Shown here in pieces: positions 18,601 to 24,607 of a DNA stretch of 64,000 nt (position 1 is the stretch's first letter; each line of letters opens with the position of its first letter). A program made the position numbers and the translations under genes. Below the pieces are notes generated by a model, which saw only the letters and a list, made by a program, of their open reading frames with translations, ran no database searches and was not told the DNA's origin. The stretch comes from Sedimentisphaerales bacterium (lineage in GTDB: Bacteria; Planctomycetota; Phycisphaerae; Sedimentisphaerales; Anaerobacaceae), in NCBI GenBank assembly GCA_049516395.1, contig JBEKTD010000007.1:47853-111852 (forward strand), written 5' to 3'.

Positions 18601-19445
18601 ACGGCGACCCACTGGTTCTGGTAAAGGCCATAGAGGTATTCGGCCTGTGCGGTCTGAAAGGAGCCGGTAAGAGAATCCGCCGGGAGAAGGCGGGACCACT
18701 TTACGGTGCGCAAATAATGGGCAAGCGGTTTATCGACGCCGAACGCCGCTGCAAAACCAAGAATAAGAACCAGCAGAAAAACCGGCGGAAGAGTTTTCTT
18801 GCGCGAATGATGCGACACCACAAAAAAAGACGGCAGGACAGCAAGTGAAAGAATAAAAGCGAGAAGAAGAAAAATTTTAACGGAACTTATACCAAATGTC
18901 AGCAGCACCGTTGTGCCAAGACCGCCGATGAAGCTGCCAAGCGATTCGAGCAGGTAAACCCGCGAGACAGCAGGCGTGGTTTCGAGGGCGACCCAGCGAC
19001 AGGTTAGAGGGAAAAGTAAGCCGGTGATGAAGCTGACGGGGGCATTAACCAATGCGCTCAAAAGCAAGGCGGCAGAGATGGGCAAAAGCGTATAAGGGGC
19101 AATGCCCGCAAGCTGACGTATATGAATAATTAACAGCACCTGAAGAACAAAGGCGGGAATATAGCTCAGGTAGAGCAGTTCAATATTTGCAAGCAGGAAG
19201 TCGGTGAGACGTTTGCTTGCGTTGACCAGCATTGTGCCGATGGCAATCCATAGAAACCAGCAGGCAAAAAATATACCGATAGTGATATCGTTGCTTTCGA
19301 AAGAAGTAATGAACTCTCTGAAGACAAGTGTTTGAGCGGAGATTGAGAACAGGCCATAGGCAAATATCACGAAACCGCGGGTCACGCCGGCTGAAAACGC
19401 GGAATTACAAGTGGCACTAATTTCGGCGCGGCAAGGGGACATCAT
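15582..19445 (-). CDS. 1287-aa polytopic fusion: MFS-like TM block + spermidine-synthase-like fold + second TM block + FMN_bind domain + NapH/NosR-like 4Fe-4S membrane domain
   Basis: aa 300-470 read VLVIGSGLAL...FDLVIINLPD (SpeE-like). aa 840-945 read GFGGKINIAIRTD...VDTVTGATVSSKAV (FMN_bind with a flavinylation motif). aa 1050-1200 carry CGYLCPFG, CRYLCPAG and CIYCDKC. Confidence 0.8.
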   Translation of the reverse strand: MMSPCRAEISATCNSAFSAGVTRGFVIFAYGLFSISAQTLVFREFITSFESNDITIGIFFACWFLWIAIGTMLVNASKRLTDFLLANIELLYLSYIPAFVLQVLLIIHIRQLAGIAPYTLLPISAALLLSALVNAPVSFITGLLFPLTCRWVALETTPAVSRVYLLESLGSFIGGLGTTVLLTFGISSVKIFLLLAFILSLAVLPSFFVVSHHSRKKTLPPVFLLVLILGFAAAFGVDKPLAHYLRTVKWSRLLPADSLTGSFQTAQAEYLYGLYQNQWVAVREGSVVEAVPDPTSAGRIVALTLSQNLKASRVLVIGSGLALCREFLQLPQIDSVVWANPDSEYIRRVLEFVPRQMSISDKRFESFTDDPRALLSRQKERFDLVIINLPDATSSILNRYFTIEFYEQLKTALGSSGVLAVRIPAGENIMGTELATIGASTKLTLEQIFSHIALVPGDNSWFIVSDSNNLTGDPGILRERFASIPNAANSYPPNGLLSIYLPDRAAKAFDAYNAVDLPAEHLLNRDSRPLANLYALLLAAKESDAPVTLFFKHLLLAGLPVFLVPVIIYVILRLIFILTLPAAARPATFDFTFLIFSTGAVGIGVVIVLMYLYQTRFGSLYLHIGAISSMYMAGLAAGATIANRLLQRKYLRNSESLLMTVLLVHCAVLAAVAFWPASGWSHISFAVAFIVCGLCAGSYFPIIGNLLAVNGLNTTQASVRLEYADHIGAAAGGLLAALVLIPILGAKITILMFILLTLANLPATLLRIDRPGKFFVSPIFRSAGYALFGIAVSLILCSNLLVTAGARFTPALPLREAQVLVGSLRLEAATIALPNTVRTATYFKTYDANDKLAGFIFSSADLAPNVQGFGGKINIAIRTDAAGNLLDFHIISSNETPSYLDMLTNWLPSLKDHTLFSPQPFANVDTVTGATVSSKAVLESLAQSGSAFATQILGQNAQQKTTTTAHGLLDSQGIYLVFAFLITLLVIYRGGLRTRLFVLGFNVLLGGIFLNAQFSTEQIASLLSLAIPLSVSTGAFILAIAAPLLAIVFGNIYCGYLCPFGALQEFIGYVLPARFRPILSREQMQKGRFVKFVVLFVLVAAFFLSRNHNTLAIDPLIRVFSFRHFNGPLLLIAAVAVIGSFFYSRFWCRYLCPAGAFLSLFNKIAIFSRFLPAKRYANCEYGLSFNDKLDCIYCDKCRYEKKSVVAESSAGFASRYFLPAVLVIAIGITSVSVESFIRELPVPSTAVAASPSAGQPRNVDTQKIKNMIRENKLSEHEADFYKKTDSQ

Positions 19446-21082
19446 TATTTTTCACCGAAAACTTCGGCCTGGAATACAAGGAAGCTCGCGTCTTTTTTCC
19501 AGCCGTCCGGAGACAGACCTGCCTTGATGGATAAGTGCATCAATGTCTCTTCGAGGGTCCACTTCTGTTCCGGAGCAACCTGAGGCAAAAATAAGGCCGA
19601 ATAACCTGCTTTACTCAGAACAATACCATCCGTGCCGAGCCGGATTTGATTGTATGAGTCGATAGGTTGCGGCACCGTAAGAGCAGATATTTCAATTTTG
19701 ATACTGCTGAGCTCGCCTTTCGTAACAGGCGTAAATCTCCAGTCATTGACCGCGGCGTTAATTGCGTTGGCGATTACGGATTTATACAGCGGCTGGCGAG
19801 GAAATACGTCGCCGATGCAGCCCCTTAAGTCCTTGTTTATTGTCAATGTCACAAACGCAGCTCTGGAAATCTTCATCGCTTCGCTTATCGGAACATTCAA
19901 TTCTTCAGGGGTAGGGACATTTCCTTTTCGCAGATAAAAATCGATTGTTCTGCGAGCAAGCAGTAAAAGGTTGTTATGGTCTTCCTGCGTCAGTGCAGTA
20001 TCTGTTTTTGCTGGCTCGACCTTAGCTTGTTTTTGCCAGTCGCCGTGAAAAGCAACAGATAGATAACTGACGGAATTGGTAAAATCGCCTGTTAGCTCGC
20101 CGGATCTGGCGTACTTGAGCAATTCCGGCCTGGTTCCGGACGGAAGCATTGAAAGGAGTATCGCAATCGGCACCCGGCCGCAGATAGTCGCGCCTGTTCT
20201 ATCGCAATATTGGCTAAAGCCGGTGCTGTCCAGTTTTGAAATGTAATCATAAGCGCCCATATCGAGCTTTTTAAGCCCATCGGGGATATTCTGGTCAAAT
20301 GGGACATAGTCATAATTGGGGCCATAGTGAACGAAATCGGAACTTGCCACAACGAGGGTATTGCTATCAACCAGCGATTTCAGGATTGAGGCCACCTTTT
20401 GCACCGTTTGCGGAGAGCACTGGCCTGCGACAATGGGGACAAGTTTGAAATCGCCGAGGCGGTATTGCAGCAGAGGCAGTTGCATTAAGACGCTGTGCTC
20501 GGTCCTGTATGCCTGTGGAATGTCCTTAAAGAGCGGGGATTGTAAGAGTTTATTTATAAATTCAGTATCAAGCGGTATTTCACCAAGAGGGGTCTTGTAA
20601 TGAGTTACATCTCCCGGAACGCTGAGGACATCCAGCATAGGGACCTGATGCGATGGCCCAATGACAATGACTCGCTTGTATTTTGCTTTCGCGGCCTTAA
20701 CTCCAAAAGCGGCTGTTTGGCCCGAGTAAGCATAGCCGGCGTGAGGACTTATAATGGCAATTGTATCATCGGCAGGTTGCACCTGGGCTTTTTGAAAGAA
20801 GCCCTCGATTTGTTTTGCCAGCACATTGGGGTCATTTGGATGCCAGCCCATCTGCCCCATCGGCGAAGTCAGAACGGACCTGGCAATTTGCGGTTGTTTC
20901 TGGGCTTCATTTTCGGCAGCTTTGGTAGATTGCGTGATTTCCAGAACATATGGCCCAAAAGGAATTTGTGGCAGATCTGTTAGATATGGTTCAAACAGAT
21001 AAGCAACGCCAAGGAGTAAAAGACCCAGAACAACACTCCATACGAAATTACGCACCTGGTTTGTATTGCCGCTATCAGACAT
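19445..21082 (-). CDS. Memo-like (AmmeMemoRadiSam protein B) fused to AMMECR1 (protein A), with an N-terminal signal anchor
   Basis: ISPHAGYAYSG and DFVHYGPNY match the Memo/dioxygenase-like part. AAFVTLTINKDLRGCIG matches AMMECR1. The track starts at GTG 21091, but ATG 21082 follows a GGAG and the upstream stop. A TM segment (FVWSVVLGLLLLGVAYLF) is present. Confidence 0.85.
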   Translation of the reverse strand: MSDSGNTNQVRNFVWSVVLGLLLLGVAYLFEPYLTDLPQIPFGPYVLEITQSTKAAENEAQKQPQIARSVLTSPMGQMGWHPNDPNVLAKQIEGFFQKAQVQPADDTIAIISPHAGYAYSGQTAAFGVKAAKAKYKRVIVIGPSHQVPMLDVLSVPGDVTHYKTPLGEIPLDTEFINKLLQSPLFKDIPQAYRTEHSVLMQLPLLQYRLGDFKLVPIVAGQCSPQTVQKVASILKSLVDSNTLVVASSDFVHYGPNYDYVPFDQNIPDGLKKLDMGAYDYISKLDSTGFSQYCDRTGATICGRVPIAILLSMLPSGTRPELLKYARSGELTGDFTNSVSYLSVAFHGDWQKQAKVEPAKTDTALTQEDHNNLLLLARRTIDFYLRKGNVPTPEELNVPISEAMKISRAAFVTLTINKDLRGCIGDVFPRQPLYKSVIANAINAAVNDWRFTPVTKGELSSIKIEISALTVPQPIDSYNQIRLGTDGIVLSKAGYSALFLPQVAPEQKWTLEETLMHLSIKAGLSPDGWKKDASFLVFQAEVFGEK

Positions 21083-21083
21083 A

Positions 21084-21266
21084 TTATCCACTCCATTTAG
21101 ATTGTGAATTAATGTTGGCGATGGTTTTCAACCGACCAGGGTATTTTGACAACGGCTTCGCCCACAGGAATCTCCGTGGCAAAACGGTTTTAGCCAACAC
21201 CCAGCCGGCAACTAAGACCGTTGACCCTGCCGCTAAAATATTTTGCAGAAAAGTTCGCCGTGTCAT
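21084..21266 (-). CDS. 60-aa protein consisting of a twin-arginine (Tat) signal peptide plus a ~35-aa basic tail
   Basis: MTRRTFLQNILAAGSTVLVAGWVLA-KTVLPRRFLWAKPLSKYPGRLKTIANINSQSKWSG. Its ATG overlaps the radical SAM stop (ATGA at 21266-21263). Its stop lies 1 nt before the Memo-AMMECR1 ATG. Confidence 0.55.
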   Translation of the reverse strand: MTRRTFLQNILAAGSTVLVAGWVLAKTVLPRRFLWAKPLSKYPGRLKTIANINSQSKWSG

Positions 21267-22255
21267 TTCCACACCCCGTATATTTTTTTGCCGCAATCCG
21301 GACAGCAGCCATCTTTCAGACTGTTTGTCATGACAACATATTCCTGCCGTTCGATTAACATTTTATGGCAGCCGGGGCAATATGTATTCTCGCCCTGGCG
21401 GCTGCGGATATTGCCTATGTAAACATAATACAGGCCTTCTTCAAGTGCAATCTGGCGGGCTACGTCAAGTGTGTCCAACGGTGTCGGCGGCAGATGCTGC
21501 ATCTTGTACTGCGGGAAAAAACGCGAGAAATGCAAAGGTATATCGCTGCCGAGATTTGTACTGACCCACCGAGCCAGGCGTCTGATATCATCTGGCTTGT
21601 CATTGAGCGTCGGAATAAGAAGATTTATCACCTCAACGTGCACACCCATAGCAACAGCATCTATAAGGCATTGCTGAACAGGCCCAACAGTTCCCGAACA
21701 AAACTTTCGGTAAAAATCATCACTCATACCTTTGAGGTCAACACGGGCAGCATCGGTAACTTCGAGCAGGCGCTTCCATGGTTTGGGATTACAATAAGCG
21801 GCCGTAACCAGCACATTACGCACACCGGCCTGCTTGGCCAGCCGGGAGGTATCATAAGCATATTCGTAATAAGCAATCGGGTCGGTATATGTATATGCGA
21901 TTGATGGCGACTTATATTGCCGGGCGTATGCGACGAGCTGTTCGGGCGGAACAAGCGAGGCGGTCGAATCTTCGGGATTGGCCTGTGAGATTTCCCAGTT
22001 TTGACAGTTTAGGCAATGCAGATTGCAGCCAATCGTTGCAAGCGAAAGAATTGGCGTGCCGGGTAGAAAATGGAATAACGGCTTTTTCTCCACCGGGTCT
22101 ATATTAATAGAACACGGATAGCCATAGACGACGGTGCGCAAGACGCCATCTATGTTGATTCTGACCCGGCAGTCGCCGCTCTGACCGGGTGCAATGATAC
22201 ATTCCCTCGGACACAACTCGCACTGGACCTTTTGACTCATAAAACGCCTTCCCAA
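21263..22255 (-). CDS. AmmeMemoRadiSam-system radical SAM enzyme
   Basis: 330 aa with the CNLHCLNC (CxxxCxxC) cluster motif, an N-terminal CELCPREC and C-terminal CPGC...CPDC cysteine pairs. It is adjacent to the Memo/AMMECR1 genes. Confidence 0.85.
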   Translation of the reverse strand: MGRRFMSQKVQCELCPRECIIAPGQSGDCRVRINIDGVLRTVVYGYPCSINIDPVEKKPLFHFLPGTPILSLATIGCNLHCLNCQNWEISQANPEDSTASLVPPEQLVAYARQYKSPSIAYTYTDPIAYYEYAYDTSRLAKQAGVRNVLVTAAYCNPKPWKRLLEVTDAARVDLKGMSDDFYRKFCSGTVGPVQQCLIDAVAMGVHVEVINLLIPTLNDKPDDIRRLARWVSTNLGSDIPLHFSRFFPQYKMQHLPPTPLDTLDVARQIALEEGLYYVYIGNIRSRQGENTYCPGCHKMLIERQEYVVMTNSLKDGCCPDCGKKIYGVWK

Positions 22256-22399
22256 ATACTACGCAGTAATTATAACAAAGTTGGGCAGGAGATTGGAGGA
22301 TTTTAGATACTGGATAAACGAAGCACAATGCTTATGTCGGGAGCGCCTTGGTAGGCAGATAAAGCAATAAAATTCGTGAACAATACTTTGGCGCTATTG

Positions 22400-22405
22400 T
22401 ATAAT
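22400..22405 (+). promoter_or_regulatory. possible extended -10 box (TGTATAAT) for the lipoprotein gene
   Basis: A perfect TATAAT preceded by TG lies about 100 bp upstream of ATG 22503 in the divergent spacer. No good -35 element is visible. Confidence 0.3.
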
Positions 22406-22502
22406 TTAGGGCAGGTTTTGATATTATCGTTGAATTGAAAGGCTTGGTTGCGTAGCCAAGCGTGTAATATAAGAAATACTAAATTTAGATGAGAAGAGAA
22501 CC

Positions 22503-23159
22503 ATGAAACGGTACGGTTATTTGTTGGTGGTAGCGGTCGTGGGAATATCGATAGTGGGTTGCACATCTCCGTCAGGTCGGACGGACTACACGGCTTCCGG
22601 AGCTTTGGCCGGCGGAGCAACAGGTGCAATCATCGGCAGCACGGCTCGGCAGCCGGGCGCCCCACTGGTCGGCGCAGCTGTGGGCGCAGTGGTCGGCGGC
22701 CTCATAGGGCACGGAATGGACCAGGAACAGGAGGCGCAGTTGAGGGCGCAAGCCCCGCAGACACTGCAACGGGTTGAACAGAGCCAGCCGTTGACGGTGA
22801 TGGACGTCAAAGCGATGGTGAAGGCCGGAATCAGCGACGATCTCATCATTAGCCAGATTCGCAACTCCCGCACGGTCTATCACCTCAACACAGCGGACAT
22901 TATTGATCTCAAAAACTCGGGTGTCAGTGAAAAGATTATTGACTTCATGATCAACACGCCGACCCAGGTTCAGTCCGCTCAAGTGGCTGGAGTGGTAGGG
23001 ACTGCGCCACCGCCACCGTTAGTCGAGCAGGTTGTTGTGGCTCCGGGTCCGGACTACGTCTGGGTGGGAGGCGCGTGGGTCTGGTTCGGGGACCGTTGGG
23101 TTTGGCACCACGGCTATTGGCACAGACCGCTGCACCCGTACGGGTACGGGCACCGATAG
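22503..23159 (+). CDS. lipoprotein with a glycine-zipper segment and a C-terminal Trp/Tyr-rich repeat
   Basis: 218 aa with lipobox IVGC. Glycine zipper GALAGGATGAIIGS...GAAVGAVVGGLIGHG. C-terminus YVWVGGAWVWFGDRWVWHHGYWHRP. Confidence 0.7.
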   Translation: MKRYGYLLVVAVVGISIVGCTSPSGRTDYTASGALAGGATGAIIGSTARQPGAPLVGAAVGAVVGGLIGHGMDQEQEAQLRAQAPQTLQRVEQSQPLTVMDVKAMVKAGISDDLIISQIRNSRTVYHLNTADIIDLKNSGVSEKIIDFMINTPTQVQSAQVAGVVGTAPPPPLVEQVVVAPGPDYVWVGGAWVWFGDRWVWHHGYWHRPLHPYGYGHR

Positions 23160-23230
23160 TGATAACTCGGCTCCGCAGGTTCTGGAAACCACACAACTTC
23201 GCTGACAAGGATACGATTCTCGGGGAGTGT

Positions 23231-23320
23231 CCCGTACTATAAAAAACTCATCCTATGCTAAGTTTTTGGGAAAGCTGACATTAAAGCAGTTTATTTTGCA
23301 GAAATCGACCGCTTTTCTGC
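23231..23320 (+). repeat. dispersed intergenic repeat family A, copy 1
   Basis: cccgtactataaaaaactcatcctatgctaagtttttgggaaagctgacattaaag... matches 23967..24066 closely by eye and matches 31462..31563 more weakly. Confidence 0.7.
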
Positions 23321-23384
23321 ACTATTCTGTCAGCCAGAAACCAGCAAGGGCAGATAAGCCCGTTAAAAGCTTTACAGCTCTCGT

Positions 23385-23813
23385 TTATACCAGCGTGTTA
23401 ACACTATCATCCGACGCAATGTTGCCAGATGTAGTGCCGGCATTGTCTGAAACAGTTTGTGAATTTGAATCTGCATCAGATTGCGCAGCTTGTTTGTGGT
23501 GATGATGATGGCGAGACGTCTTTAATGCCTGCATATCTTGCTCCAGCTTTGAAAACGCCTTTTTCGCCGCAGCCATATCACCACTGTCAAGGGCTTTGCC
23601 CAGAGCGTCAAAATCGCTCTGAATATTATCTTGCGGATTATTGTTTGAAGACGTGCCCTGTAGCAATGTGGAAAAGGCCTGCTGTGCAGCAGTAAGGTCC
23701 CCCGATTGCAAGGCGTTACCAAGGTTTTCAAAATTCGTCTGGAACTGTGTCATATTCGCCTGCCAATTGATTAGAGATGAGTCGCTGGCGCCAATGCCTG
23801 AAACCGTTGACAT
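23385..23813 (-). CDS. hypothetical protein with an internal duplicated motif and a His5 tract
   Basis: 142 aa. FENLGNALQSGDLTAAQQAFSTL is repeated as FDALGKALDSGDMAAAKKAFSKL. It also contains RHHHHHK. There is no signal peptide. Confidence 0.55.
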   Translation of the reverse strand: MSTVSGIGASDSSLINWQANMTQFQTNFENLGNALQSGDLTAAQQAFSTLLQGTSSNNNPQDNIQSDFDALGKALDSGDMAAAKKAFSKLEQDMQALKTSRHHHHHKQAAQSDADSNSQTVSDNAGTTSGNIASDDSVNTLV

Positions 23814-23966
23814 AATTCAACCCCCTATCAAAAAGTCCCTTTTACGTTTCGCATCTTTGGGAAACTTGTGACAAACAGTTTCCTTTGAAATAATCGGCTG
23901 TGGTGTGATAAAAGAATGAATAATAATGCAAAAAAGTGGTTTTCTGGGAACTGGATACAGACCCTC

Positions 23967-24066
23967 CCTGTACTATAAAAAAACTCATCCGATGCTAAGC
24001 TTTTGGGAAAGCTGACCTTAAAGTAGCTTATTTTGTTGAAATTGGTCGTCTTCCCTTTGGTTCCGC
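23967..24066 (+). repeat. dispersed intergenic repeat family A, copy 2
   Basis: Same orientation as copy 1. Copies 1 and 2 bracket the 142-aa gene. Confidence 0.7.
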
Positions 24067-24162
24067 AATATAATCCTCGCTTTTTGCGGGAGACCTTATG
24101 CGATGTTTCTTTTCGGGTTACGGTCCCATCAGTCGAATCATCGGGCCAATGAGAATTCTGTG

Positions 24163-24534
24163 TTACTCAATGAATGTGGGACGCACCCTTTCACCAACTT
24201 TTTTGTAGTGCAATAATGCGCTTTCTTTATCGGGGAAATCACTCACAGTAAACCAAAGCGTAATGGCGCCAATGGTAATGTTGTCGCCATCTACAAGGCG
24301 TGTTTCCTCCTTAATTTTGTTTCCATTGATGAACACGCCGTGTTTGCTGCTCATATCTAATGCGTAATACACATCCTTGTCTTTATCATACCTTATCTGC
24401 AAATGTTTTCGTGATATTCGGTCATCGAGTATCTGAATCATAAGGGCCTCATCCCGGCCAATCACATTTGTTCTGCGGCCAAGCGGGTAATAATCATCCT
24501 TCTGCGAACCATCCAAAACAATTAATGAGGCCAT
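24163..24534 (-). CDS. FHA-domain protein
   Basis: YPLGRRTNVIGRDEALMIQILDDRISRKHLQIRY...SKHGVFINGNKI. Start chosen at ATG 24534, which is preceded by AAGGAG with 8-nt spacing. The track ORF starts at 24567. Confidence 0.8.
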   Translation of the reverse strand: MASLIVLDGSQKDDYYPLGRRTNVIGRDEALMIQILDDRISRKHLQIRYDKDKDVYYALDMSSKHGVFINGNKIKEETRLVDGDNITIGAITLWFTVSDFPDKESALLHYKKVGERVRPTFIE

Positions 24535-24607
24535 TTTTGAAACTCCTTGAATATTTAACCACAGCAAACATCGCTCTTAATATCCTACCCTGTAACCCGT
24601 GCAGTCG

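Noticed and set aside
22303-22629. 108-aa minus-strand ORF spanning the divergent promoter region and the lipoprotein gene start
   Set aside because: It overlaps a well-supported lipoprotein gene and the promoter spacer, and has no motif support.
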